A stretch of DNA of 37,846 nucleotides from Candidatus Zixiibacteriota bacterium (lineage in GTDB: Bacteria > Zixibacteria > MSB-5A5 > CAIYYT01): assembly GCA_040235515.1 (NCBI GenBank), contig JBECKX010000025.1:1-37846 (forward strand). The letters run 5' to 3'. The position numbers and the translations under genes are program-made. Position 1 is the first letter of the stretch. Every line of letters begins with the position of its first letter. The notes beneath the pieces were generated by a model. The model was not told the origin of the DNA, ran no database searches, and saw nothing but the letters and a program-made list of their open reading frames with translations. Shown piece by piece: positions 8,537-17,919 of this stretch.

Positions 8537-9757
8537 ATGGTAGAATCTCCATCACCAAAACCGGGCTGGCCCGCGCATCGAGTCGTCATGCATGTCGACA
8601 TGGATGCCTTCTTCGCTGCTGTCGAGCAACGCAACAATCCGAGTTTGAAGGGTAAGCCGGTGATTGTGGGTGGGTCAGCGGAGGGACGCGGTGTGGTCTC
8701 GACGGCTTCTTACGAGGCGCGGCGCTTTGGTGTGCATTCCGCGATGCCGGCCCGCGAGGCGGTGCGTCGTTGTCCTGACGGGATATTTCTAAGGGGAGAC
8801 TTTAAATCGTACCATCATGCATCGGCGCAGGTGAAACAGAGCCTGGGGACGCTCACTCCCAACGTTGAGATGATCTCGATTGACGAGGCGTTTATCGAAG
8901 CCACCGGTACCGAACGTCTCTATGAATCGCCTGAGGCATTGGCGGAGAGAATCAAGCAGGAGATTCGCGAGCATGTGGGGATAACTTGTTCTGTCGGTGT
9001 CAGCATGAACAAGTTGATCGCCAAGCTGGGGAGTGCGCTCAACAAGCCGGATGGGTTAACCGTGCTCTGGCCGCAAGATCTGGAGGCGCAGGTTTTTCCG
9101 TTGACGGTGAATCATCTCTGGGGGGTTGGTCCGGTGACGCATGCTCACTTGTTGCGACATGGAATCAAGACGATCGGCGATCTGGCGACGCTCCCCGAGG
9201 CGCATGTGAAGCAGATTCTGGGTGAGTTCGGCAAGACGCTGGCGGCGCGCGCGCGTGGTGAGGATGAGCGCGACGTGCTGCATTATGACGATGATCATCT
9301 GGAGAAATCGATTTCGCACGAAACGACCCTGGGGATTGACAGCTATGATCCGCTTTATGTCGAACATCTGCTGGCTTACCTCTCGGAGAAGGTATTCATT
9401 CGGCTCTATCGCGGCGGCTGGTTGGCGCGCACTATTGGAATCAAGGTTCGTTATGCCAATTTCAAGACGATCACGAGGGATCACACTCTTCCAGAGGCGT
9501 GTTGTGAATTCCGGCAGATAATCGACACGGCGCGATCGCTGCTGCCTGCCGATGAGATCAGGCGACGCGGTCTCCGGCTTGTCGGCGTTCGCGCGAGCAA
9601 CCTGGTCCAGGGCAAGGATAAGAGACAGCTCGATCTCTTCGGCGCAGAACGGGAGCGGGTCGAGCAGTTGAATCAGACTCTCTTCGAGTTGCGCGAGCGG
9701 TTCGGGGATGACGTCATCAAGCACGCATCCGCCCTGCGTGAACGCGATGACGATTGA
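8537..9757 (+). CDS. dinB: DNA polymerase IV (Y family)
   Basis: HVDMDAFFAAVEQ, ASYEARRFGVHSAMP, SIDEAF, KPDG, LWGVG motifs; clamp-binding QLDLF near the C-terminus. ATG 8537 chosen over TTG 8501. Confidence 0.95.
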   Translation: MVESPSPKPGWPAHRVVMHVDMDAFFAAVEQRNNPSLKGKPVIVGGSAEGRGVVSTASYEARRFGVHSAMPAREAVRRCPDGIFLRGDFKSYHHASAQVKQSLGTLTPNVEMISIDEAFIEATGTERLYESPEALAERIKQEIREHVGITCSVGVSMNKLIAKLGSALNKPDGLTVLWPQDLEAQVFPLTVNHLWGVGPVTHAHLLRHGIKTIGDLATLPEAHVKQILGEFGKTLAARARGEDERDVLHYDDDHLEKSISHETTLGIDSYDPLYVEHLLAYLSEKVFIRLYRGGWLARTIGIKVRYANFKTITRDHTLPEACCEFRQIIDTARSLLPADEIRRRGLRLVGVRASNLVQGKDKRQLDLFGAERERVEQLNQTLFELRERFGDDVIKHASALRERDDD

Positions 9758-9760
9758 AGC

Positions 9761-9832
9761 GTCACTGACCGAGAGTCAGTCATTGACAAAAAAGTCAAAT
9801 TTATTGACTTCTCACCGAAATTCCTGATATTC
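9761..9832 (+). promoter_or_regulatory. Promoter/operator region with repeated TGAC/GTCA half-sites
   Basis: ACTGAC-N5-GTCAGT (9764-9780), TTGAC-N6-GTCAA (9783-9798), and a -35-like TTGACT (9804) with TGATATT downstream. Confidence 0.5.
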
Positions 9833-9906
9833 CACATGCAAGCCGGCCGATCTATCTATCGGCGGACAACCTGGTGGTCGAAAGTCCCGGGGAAAGTGAG
9901 TGTGGT

Positions 9907-11085
9907 ATGTTTGACTGGCCGTTTTCAAAACTTGCGAGTGCGCTCGAGACCTCAGTAATTCGCGAACTTCTCAAAATTTCCAATACGAAGGGGATGATCA
10001 ACTTCGCGGGTGGTTTGCCCGCCGGTGAGTTGTTCCCTACCGACCAGATCAGTGAGTGCATCGGCGCGGTGATGACGAATCATCCGCGCGAGGCGCTGCA
10101 ATATTCGATCACGCAGGGTGCGATCGAGTTACGGGAACTGATTGCGGAGCGGGTGTCGAAGCAGGGTTTACCGGTAACCGCCGAGAATATTCTGATCACT
10201 ACCGGATCACAGCAGGGATTGGATCTGATAGGTCGCGCGTTTCTTGATCCGGGCGACTATGTTCTGACCGAGTTGCCGACCTACCTTGGCGCATTGCAGG
10301 CATTTAATTTCTACCAGGTACGTTACTGTCCGGTAAAGATGGACAACGATGGAATCATCATCGAACAGATCGAGCAGACGCTGGAGAAGTATTCGCCCAA
10401 GTTTATCTACAGCGTTCCGAATTTTCAGAACCCGTCGGGAATTACGCTTTCGTACCAGCGCCGCAAGGCATTGATGAACCTGGTATTCAAGCATCGGATA
10501 CCGTTGATCGACGACAACCCGTATGGTGAATTGCGCTATTCAGGGGAAGCGGTGCCGTCGCTGCGCGGAATCGGTGGTGATGCCGTCATTCAGCTTGGCA
10601 CATTCTCCAAGTTGATCTCCCCCGGCCTGAGAGTTGGCTGGGTATGCGCTCCGGTTTCGGCGATCAAGGTGATCGAGAAGGCGAAACAGGCGGTAGACCT
10701 GCACTCGACGACATTCACGCAGTTTGTGGCGGCTGAGTTTCTGCGCCGAGGCTACCTCGACCCGCACATTGAAAATGTGAAGAAGGTGTACGCCCGCAAA
10801 CGGGATACGATGGTCTCGGCGATGAAGGAGTACTTCCCGGCTTCAGTAAAGTGGCCCTATCCTGATGGTGGTCTTTTCCTGTGGGCGCAGTTACCTGAAA
10901 ATGTCTCGGCGACGATGGTGTTTCAGAGTGCGATTGACAAGGGCGTGGCGTTTGTGCCGGGGCGGGCGTTTCATCCTGATAAGTCAGGTGACAATACGCT
11001 GCGACTGAACTTCGCCAGCCCGACATTCGAGAACCTGGTCGAAGGGGTCAAACGCCTGGGCAGTGTCTTAGCGAAGTATTGCTGA
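9907..11085 (+). CDS. PLP-dependent class I/II aminotransferase (LysN/2-aminoadipate transaminase-like)
   Basis: SVIRELLK, INFAGGLP, TTGSQQGLDL, PNFQNPSG, DDNPYGEL, GTFSKLISPGLRVGW; no N-terminal HTH. Confidence 0.9.
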   Translation: MFDWPFSKLASALETSVIRELLKISNTKGMINFAGGLPAGELFPTDQISECIGAVMTNHPREALQYSITQGAIELRELIAERVSKQGLPVTAENILITTGSQQGLDLIGRAFLDPGDYVLTELPTYLGALQAFNFYQVRYCPVKMDNDGIIIEQIEQTLEKYSPKFIYSVPNFQNPSGITLSYQRRKALMNLVFKHRIPLIDDNPYGELRYSGEAVPSLRGIGGDAVIQLGTFSKLISPGLRVGWVCAPVSAIKVIEKAKQAVDLHSTTFTQFVAAEFLRRGYLDPHIENVKKVYARKRDTMVSAMKEYFPASVKWPYPDGGLFLWAQLPENVSATMVFQSAIDKGVAFVPGRAFHPDKSGDNTLRLNFASPTFENLVEGVKRLGSVLAKYC

Positions 11086-11113
11086 GTTACAAAATCAGCT
11101 TGAATGACTATGC

Positions 11114-11145
11114 GAGCGGGTATTGAACACACCCGCTCTTTTTTT
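11114..11145 (+). terminator. Rho-independent terminator
   Basis: GAGCGGGT / ACCCGCTC stem followed by 7 T. Confidence 0.85.
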
Positions 11146-11229
11146 GTTGTGCCTGCGGTCTTCTGTCAGAATGCGATCTTTGGTCGTTCAAACCGCTTGC
11201 TCTAGTTAGAGAATTTCACCAATAGTGAG

Positions 11230-11245
11230 TGGCAAAGGCGTTGCG
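11230..11245 (+). promoter_or_regulatory. Possible sigma54 promoter upstream of dapF
   Basis: TGGCAAAGGCGTTGCG = TGGCA...TTGC with exact GG-N10-GC spacing; predicted start ~15 nt before the ATG. Confidence 0.35.
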
Positions 11246-11270
11246 ACGGCATGACTGAGCGGAGAGCAGG

Positions 11271-12125
11271 ATGAAACAGATTCCAATCGAAAAGTACCAT
11301 GCGCTGGGAAATGATTTCATTGTCATCGATCTGGCGAAATCACGTGTGGCAGAGGGTCAGAAGCCGGCTGTCGCACGCCGGGTCTGCGACCGACACGAGG
11401 GTGCAGGCGCCGATGGGGTGGTGTTTTTCTCCATGAATCGGGGCCGCTATACGATGCGGATATTCAATGCGGATGGGAGCGAGGCGGAGCTGTCGGGTAA
11501 CGGCCTGCGAATTCTGGCGCATTACCTGATCCGGTCCGGGGTGACGCGGAAGCGAGAGTTTACGGTTTACTCAAGCGTCGGCAGCAACAGCGTTATCATT
11601 CGGCAGCGGAAGGGGTTGGTGCTTGAGTCGAGCGTTTATCTCCCGGCGCCAAAGTTTGCGACCGCGGCAGTGCCGATGAAAGTGAAACAGGAATTCTTCA
11701 TAAATGCCCCGTTTGCCTGCGATGCGGGTGAGCTGATCGCGACCGCCGTAAATGTCGGTAACCCGCACCTGGTGGTTTTCGTAGATAATTTCGAGTTCGA
11801 GTGGCGCGAGTTCGGCAAGGTCGCCGAGGTAGCGCGGGAGTTTCCTGAGCAAGTCAATGTGGAGTTTGCGCGAATTGTGTCCCGCAAGAAGGTGGAACAT
11901 AAGATTTGGGAACGAGGTGCGGGCGAAACTTCGGCGTCCGGAAGTGGAGCGGCAGCGGTGGCTGCAGCCGGTGTCATGATCGGTTTGCTGGATCATGAGG
12001 TGATGCTCCATGAACCAGCGGGAGTACTTAAAGCGTCGATTACTTCACTCAGTGACCCGATCATGATCACCGGGCCTTCAAGATTCATCTACAGCGGTAG
12101 TTTCACGTTCGATAAGAATGCGTAA
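11271..12125 (+). CDS. dapF: Diaminopimelate epimerase family protein
   Basis: KYHALGNDF, GADG, NADGSEAELSGNGLR, VGNPH, VNVEF, WERGAGETSASGSG. Ser replaces both usual catalytic Cys. Confidence 0.9.
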   Translation: MKQIPIEKYHALGNDFIVIDLAKSRVAEGQKPAVARRVCDRHEGAGADGVVFFSMNRGRYTMRIFNADGSEAELSGNGLRILAHYLIRSGVTRKREFTVYSSVGSNSVIIRQRKGLVLESSVYLPAPKFATAAVPMKVKQEFFINAPFACDAGELIATAVNVGNPHLVVFVDNFEFEWREFGKVAEVAREFPEQVNVEFARIVSRKKVEHKIWERGAGETSASGSGAAAVAAAGVMIGLLDHEVMLHEPAGVLKASITSLSDPIMITGPSRFIYSGSFTFDKNA

Positions 12126-13377
12126 AATCCTCAGAGATTATTTAACCGACCTCAAACTGATCCGGCGGAATATTGTCCTGTTCCTGGTGGGCGGGTTGCT
12201 GATGGGATTGTTGATTTCATCGATGCAACTGTTGCTCAACCTCTACCTGAAAGAGATCGGGTATGGCGAGGCGTTCATCGGCCGGGTTTTGTCTGCCATG
12301 GCAATCGGCGGCGTTGTAGCCTCGCTACCGACGGCGTACCTGGTGGCGCGGTTTCGGATCAAGCCAATTCTGATTTCAGCGGCGGTGGTTGCGACTCTGG
12401 CGTTTTGCCTGATAGCGACGACACACATTGCGCTGCTGCTGATGGCGGCGACGTTTGTCGTGGGAATGATGAACTCGGTGCGGCAGGTGGCATCGGCGCC
12501 ATTCATCATGCGTAACTCCACCGAGACGGAACGCACGCTGATTTTCAGCCTGAATTTCTCGACGTGGATGGTCGCGGGGATTATCGGATCGTACGGTGGT
12601 GGCTACCTGCGCGACTACCTGTTCCGACTGATTGGAGATGGTACCGCGGCGTATCAATACACTCTGCTGATTTCGGCGGGGTTCGGGTTGCTGGCAATCG
12701 TGCCGTTTCTGATGATTCACGCCAAGGCGCCCAATCCGGAGGACGCGAAGAAGGTATTCTCGTTGCAGGCGCTCAAAGTCAAGGGACCGCTTTTTTTCAA
12801 GCTGACCCTCCCCTACCTGCTGCTTGGAGCAGGCGCGGGGTTGATTATTCCATTTCTAAACCTTTACTTCCGTAACCGCTTCGAACTCGCACCGACGCAA
12901 ATCGGTTTTTATTTCTCGATCATGCAGGTTGCGATGCTGGGTGCCGTGTTGCTGGTTCCGATCCTTCGCCGGCAATTCGGATTCATTCGGACGGTGGTGC
13001 TGACCGAGCTGGCATCGGTGCCCTTCATGTTCATTCTTTGCTATACCGACAACCTGATGTTCGCCGTGTGGGCGTTCGTGATCCGTGGTGCGCTGATGAA
13101 TATGGGGCAGCCGGTGGGCACGACGTTCATGATGGAAGCGGTGAATGAGGAGGATCACGGTCTGATCAACTCACTCTCCTCGATCGCGTGGGCGGCGTCG
13201 TGGGCGATTTCGACTCAGGTCGGCGGGATAATCATTGAGCACTCCGGATTCGTGCAGGTATTCCTGATTGCGATCGGACTGTACCTGGCGTCGGCGGCGA
13301 CCTACTACTACTTTTTCTCCGGCACCGAGATCGCGGAGGAAGCCCGCGTACGGATCGATGTTTCGCGAATGCGTTAA
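12118..13377 (+). CDS. MFS transporter
   Basis: About 12 hydrophobic segments; LLNLYLK..GY, PFLNLYF, RGALMNM motifs; overlaps the dapF stop. Confidence 0.85.
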   Translation: MRKILRDYLTDLKLIRRNIVLFLVGGLLMGLLISSMQLLLNLYLKEIGYGEAFIGRVLSAMAIGGVVASLPTAYLVARFRIKPILISAAVVATLAFCLIATTHIALLLMAATFVVGMMNSVRQVASAPFIMRNSTETERTLIFSLNFSTWMVAGIIGSYGGGYLRDYLFRLIGDGTAAYQYTLLISAGFGLLAIVPFLMIHAKAPNPEDAKKVFSLQALKVKGPLFFKLTLPYLLLGAGAGLIIPFLNLYFRNRFELAPTQIGFYFSIMQVAMLGAVLLVPILRRQFGFIRTVVLTELASVPFMFILCYTDNLMFAVWAFVIRGALMNMGQPVGTTFMMEAVNEEDHGLINSLSSIAWAASWAISTQVGGIIIEHSGFVQVFLIAIGLYLASAATYYYFFSGTEIAEEARVRIDVSRMR

Positions 13378-13498
13378 AATCGCAATTTCCGATTGTAACT
13401 AAACGTCAAATGATATTACTTGTCAGCCTTGTTTCTACAGGCTTTGCGAGTGGTGCAGGTTATCCGCCACACGCCGATTTTTATCACCGAATGAGATT

Positions 13499-15211
13499 AT
13501 GAGTAGCGTAGACCTAAAGACCCAGATAGCAGAAACCCTTGCCCCGGAAGTTGGGATTCCGGTCGCGGAGTTCGTTGAGTTGTTTGAAATCCCGCGGCAG
13601 GAGGGGCACGGCGATCTGGCACTCCCCTGCTTTCGATTTGCCAAGCAGTTGCGAAAGGCACCTCCGGTCATTGCAAAGGAGCTGGCGGAAAAGCTCAACT
13701 CCGCCGGACTACCGCAGGCCGTAAAGGAGGTCGAGCCGATGGGGGGATATCTCAACATTACGCTCGATGCCTCCACAGCTCTTGCGGGGATTCTGCAACG
13801 CGTGCTGGCAGAGGGAGCCGATTTTGCGGCCAGTGGTGTCGGTGCCGGGAAACGGGTAATCGTCGAGTTTTCATCGGTTAATATCGCCAAGCCGTTCGGG
13901 ATCGGTCATCTGCGGACTACGATCCTCGGCGCTGCGCTGGCGCGGATTTACGCCAAGCTTGGCTATGAAGTGATCCGCATCAATCATCTCGGGGATTGGG
14001 GCACGCAATTTGGAAATCTGATCGCGGCTTACCGGCTGTGGAGCGACGAATATGAGTTCAATGACAACCCGATTCAGGACCTCTACCGCCTCTACGTGAG
14101 GTTCCACGAGGCGGCCAAGCAGGATGAATCGCTGAACGAGAAGGGTCGAGAAGAATTCCGCAAGCTGGAGCAAGGGGATGAAGAGAACGTGAAGCTGTGG
14201 GAACGATTCATCGAATACAGCATGATCGACTTTCGCAGGGTTTACAACACTCTGCACGTCGAATTCGACTACTACACGGGTGAGTCGTTCTACCGCGACA
14301 AGCTGGATCAGGTTACGGCAAAGCTCGAAGAGAAGGGCTTGCTGAAACAGAGCGAGGGTGCAACCATCGTTGATCTGAGTGAGTATGATATGCCCCCCTG
14401 CCTGATCAAGAAGTCGGATGAATCATCGCTGTATGCCACGCGCGATCTGGCCGCCCTGCTCTACCGTAAGGAGCATTTCAACTTCGACCGAATCTTGTAC
14501 GTCGTTGGCTCCGCTCAGAAGCTGCATTTCCAGCAGTTCTTCAAAGTTGCGGAATTGATGGGCAACGATTGGGTGAAGGATGCCGAGCATGTCGAGTTCG
14601 GGTGGGTCAAGTTCGGTGACAAGGCGATGTCGACGCGGTCGGGCACGCTGATCTTTTTTGAGGAAGTGTTTCAGGAGGCGAAGAGTATCGCGGCGGATAT
14701 CATCAGGCAGGAGAATCCGGATGTGGAGGAGATCGATGCCACGGCCCGAGAGATCGCGGTGGCAGCGATAGCGTTCACTCAGTTGAAGGTACGGCGGACG
14801 AAGGATGTGAATTTCATCTGGGAAGAAGCCCTGTCATTTAAGGGAGAGACCGGTCCGTATTTGCAGTATACACATGCGCGGCTCTCTTCATTGATGCAGA
14901 AATATGGCAAGCCGCTCCCTGATCCTGAAGCTGACTTCTCGTTGTTCGGCGAGGAGGAGAAGCAGGTCGTGAGGTGGTTTGAATTATACCCCGACAAGTT
15001 GAAGGCCGCCGCCGAGAGTTACGAGACGCTGATCCTGGCGGAGTACCTGATCAGCCTGGCTTCAGCGTTCAACAGCTACTGGCAGCGAGTGCGGATCATT
15101 ACGGATGATGAGGAACTGACACGCGCACGGATGCAGATGGCGTATGCCGTGCGAGTGATCATAGCGGATGGTTTGCGGATTCTGGGAATTGAACCTTTGG
15201 AGCGTATGTGA
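13499..15211 (+). CDS. argS: Arginine--tRNA ligase
   Basis: VEFSSVNIAKPFGIGHLR (HIGH-like), NHLGDWGTQFG, MSTRSG, GETGPYLQYTHAR, C-terminal LERM. Confidence 0.97.
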   Translation: MSSVDLKTQIAETLAPEVGIPVAEFVELFEIPRQEGHGDLALPCFRFAKQLRKAPPVIAKELAEKLNSAGLPQAVKEVEPMGGYLNITLDASTALAGILQRVLAEGADFAASGVGAGKRVIVEFSSVNIAKPFGIGHLRTTILGAALARIYAKLGYEVIRINHLGDWGTQFGNLIAAYRLWSDEYEFNDNPIQDLYRLYVRFHEAAKQDESLNEKGREEFRKLEQGDEENVKLWERFIEYSMIDFRRVYNTLHVEFDYYTGESFYRDKLDQVTAKLEEKGLLKQSEGATIVDLSEYDMPPCLIKKSDESSLYATRDLAALLYRKEHFNFDRILYVVGSAQKLHFQQFFKVAELMGNDWVKDAEHVEFGWVKFGDKAMSTRSGTLIFFEEVFQEAKSIAADIIRQENPDVEEIDATAREIAVAAIAFTQLKVRRTKDVNFIWEEALSFKGETGPYLQYTHARLSSLMQKYGKPLPDPEADFSLFGEEEKQVVRWFELYPDKLKAAAESYETLILAEYLISLASAFNSYWQRVRIITDDEELTRARMQMAYAVRVIIADGLRILGIEPLERM

Positions 15212-16536
15212 TGAGACTTACCCGCCCGAAACAGCTTAATCTCACGATCGAACCGGTGGCGGATTACAACAGCACCCTGCTGGCGCTATCGGCGGCGTTG
15301 CTGCGCAACGAGATGACCAGAGTCCATCCGGTGGAGCCGACGCCGATGCTGGAACGAGCGATTTTCGCGCTGAGTTCCGGCGGAGCTACGATCGAGATCT
15401 CAGGTCGCACGCTGAAAGTGAAGCCGTTCGAATCGACTCCCTTCAAGTATGAGAAGCCGATCGCGGACTATGAATTATTTAAGAACCTGCTGGTACTCGC
15501 GGCCACGCGTGCAGGCAGCAGGATTGGCTTGATCGATGATATCGACACGACGGCGCAGATGTTGATACTGGCTCTACGGAGAATGGGGGCGGAGCTGGAG
15601 TTTGAGGGTGGGGATCATCCGCACGTCGAGGTCAAGCGGGCAATCGACCGCCCGATCAAGTATCACCTCAAGCGAGACAGCGCGAAGAATGTACCGCAGT
15701 TGATTCTGGCTATGTCTGCGCTGGAGGGGCAATCAACGCTGCACGACTTATTCGAGTCATCGCGGTATGACTACATCTTCAAACAGTTTCTAACCGGCTT
15801 CGCACGCGAATCGACGGCAGAGCCGGAACCGGAAGATGAACTCGAGCGCAGATTAAAGAAAAAGAGCAAGCCGGAGGTGCGTGAATACCTGACGATTGTC
15901 AAGGTATCGAACGCGCAGGTGGCGGGAGAACTGGAGATAAGACTTCAGCCGGACGCGGACCTGGTTTCGTACCTGACTGCTGCCCTGCTGGCCCACGGTA
16001 AAGGAAAGTTGACACTCCGGAGCCTGTCGACGGAGGATATCACCGGTACTCCACTTGCGCAGCTCAAGCGGATGGGGGCGCAGATTGAAGCAACGACAAT
16101 CGAGGGAGAACCGGCGTTGGTGGTCAGCGACGCAAAGGTGAAGGGGCGGTCGGTGAAGCATGAGCAGTTGCACGATCACCCGGATGCGGTGGGAGCGTTG
16201 GCGCTGGCTGGAACGCGCTCAGAGGGGACTTCGGTGATCCGTTCTTCGCCCTTCAACACGGAGCGCGAGGAGTTACGCCGCAAGAATTTGTGTGAGCTGA
16301 TTCGCAGTTATGGAATCAAGATTGCCGAGATCGAGGATGGAATGGTGGTTGAGGGACAACGGGAGTTTTCCGAATCATCGATTGTAACCAACCACGACCC
16401 CGTATGTGCGCTTGCGGCCCTGGCTGCCGGAATCAGCCTGGCACCTTCAGTTGAGATCGATTCTCTTGATCCCCTCTCGGAACGTTGGGGCAAGTCGCTT
16501 CAAGACCTCATTACGCCGCTTCTGCAGCAAGAGTAG
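15208..16536 (+). CDS. EPSP synthase (AroA)/enolpyruvyl transferase-fold protein, apparently catalytically degenerate
   Basis: AroA length and scaffold (ALRRMGA, LKRMGA, ALA...EGTSVIR, GIKIAEIEDGMVVEG), but active-site motifs are replaced. GTGA overlap with the argS stop. Confidence 0.7.
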   Translation: MMRLTRPKQLNLTIEPVADYNSTLLALSAALLRNEMTRVHPVEPTPMLERAIFALSSGGATIEISGRTLKVKPFESTPFKYEKPIADYELFKNLLVLAATRAGSRIGLIDDIDTTAQMLILALRRMGAELEFEGGDHPHVEVKRAIDRPIKYHLKRDSAKNVPQLILAMSALEGQSTLHDLFESSRYDYIFKQFLTGFARESTAEPEPEDELERRLKKKSKPEVREYLTIVKVSNAQVAGELEIRLQPDADLVSYLTAALLAHGKGKLTLRSLSTEDITGTPLAQLKRMGAQIEATTIEGEPALVVSDAKVKGRSVKHEQLHDHPDAVGALALAGTRSEGTSVIRSSPFNTEREELRRKNLCELIRSYGIKIAEIEDGMVVEGQREFSESSIVTNHDPVCALAALAAGISLAPSVEIDSLDPLSERWGKSLQDLITPLLQQE

Positions 16537-16557
16537 CGGCGTCAGCCTGCTATCCAG

Positions 16558-17916
16558 ATGACAAAAGAACTGATCAATATCACGGAGGGGTCTATCACGC
16601 GCCAGATATTCAGGTTGGCGTGGCCCGCCGTGGGTGCGATGTTTTTGCGCACGGCCAACTCAATCGCAGACGCGATGTGGGTCGGGCGGCTCGGTGCATC
16701 CGAGATGGCTTCGGTGATCAGTTCGATGTTCGTGCTGTGGATTCTCTTCAGTGTATTTGAAATCGTGTGGACCGGTGCAGTCGCGGTGATCTCGCGATTT
16801 TATGGCGCCCGGCAGACCGACAAAGTGGCGCACGCGGCACGACAGGCAGTTCTGCTGGCTGTGGTTGGCTCGATCGCGGTGGGAGTCGGAGGTTTTTTCG
16901 GTTCCGGCACGACGTTCGACATCATGGAGACTGCGGCAGATGTGAAGGGGTTCGGAACCGTCTACCTGCAGATTGCCTTTGCGGCGACGTTTTTCATCGT
17001 GGTGGACGAGTTGCTTGCGTCGATCTTCCGTGCGACGGGAGACACAAGAACGCCGTTGATTATCAGTTCGATCGGTATCATCCTCAACATTTGCCTCGAC
17101 CCGGTGTTGATATTCGGCTGGGGACCATTTCCGGCGATGGGGGTTGCCGGTGCCGCGATTGCGACTGTGGTTTCTTACATCGTCGGCTTTTTCCTCTACC
17201 TGTTTGCGATCAGGCGCGGAAAGTTGACGTTTGATTTCAATTTCACGAAGAAGCTCCGACCTGATTTTACAATGCTGCTGCAGATGGTGCGGATCGGGTT
17301 GCCGCTCGCTACAGCCGGTGTCGTTTTCTCCGTTGTCTACATGTTCATGAACCGCATTACCACCAGTTTCGGTACGGAAGCTGTGGCGGCTCTGGGGATC
17401 GGCAACCGGTTGGAATCGGTCTCGTTCCTGATCTGCTTTGGATTCTCACTGGCAGTGTCAACGCTGGTGGGTCAGAATCTGGGTGCACGAAAACCGGACC
17501 GAGCGGCGAAGTCCACCTGGTACACTCTCGGCTATGCTGCATCTTTCACGGCGATTATCTCGGTGATATTCGCGACGATCCCGCGCCTGATCTCACGGGC
17601 ATTCATTGATGATCCGGCAGTGGCGGATATTGCGGTCGACTACCTGATGATCCTGGCGATCTCGCAGACATTCATGGCGGCTGAAATCGTGCTTGAAGGC
17701 GCGTTTTCAGGTGCCGGTGATACAATGCCGGCGATGATAGTCTCGATTGCCGGATCGATTGCCCGTTACCCACTGGCCTACTATATTGCGTTCAATCTCG
17801 ACGTGGGGGTTAATGGCGTGTGGTGGGCGATCACGCTTACTACCGTAGTTAAGGGAATGATCCTGATGTATTGGTTCAGCCGCGGCAAGTGGAAGCTGAA
17901 AGAGGTGCATGGATAA
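16558..17916 (+). CDS. MATE family efflux transporter
   Basis: IFRLAWP, DAMWVGRLG, RATGDTRTPL, NICLDPVLIFG..GVAGAAIAT, GQNLGA. Confidence 0.93.
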   Translation: MTKELINITEGSITRQIFRLAWPAVGAMFLRTANSIADAMWVGRLGASEMASVISSMFVLWILFSVFEIVWTGAVAVISRFYGARQTDKVAHAARQAVLLAVVGSIAVGVGGFFGSGTTFDIMETAADVKGFGTVYLQIAFAATFFIVVDELLASIFRATGDTRTPLIISSIGIILNICLDPVLIFGWGPFPAMGVAGAAIATVVSYIVGFFLYLFAIRRGKLTFDFNFTKKLRPDFTMLLQMVRIGLPLATAGVVFSVVYMFMNRITTSFGTEAVAALGIGNRLESVSFLICFGFSLAVSTLVGQNLGARKPDRAAKSTWYTLGYAASFTAIISVIFATIPRLISRAFIDDPAVADIAVDYLMILAISQTFMAAEIVLEGAFSGAGDTMPAMIVSIAGSIARYPLAYYIAFNLDVGVNGVWWAITLTTVVKGMILMYWFSRGKWKLKEVHG

Positions 17917-17919
17917 CCG

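Noticed and set aside
13378..13498. T-box leader upstream of argS
   Set aside because: Only ~120 bp, with no GGTGGNACC T-box motif or terminator.
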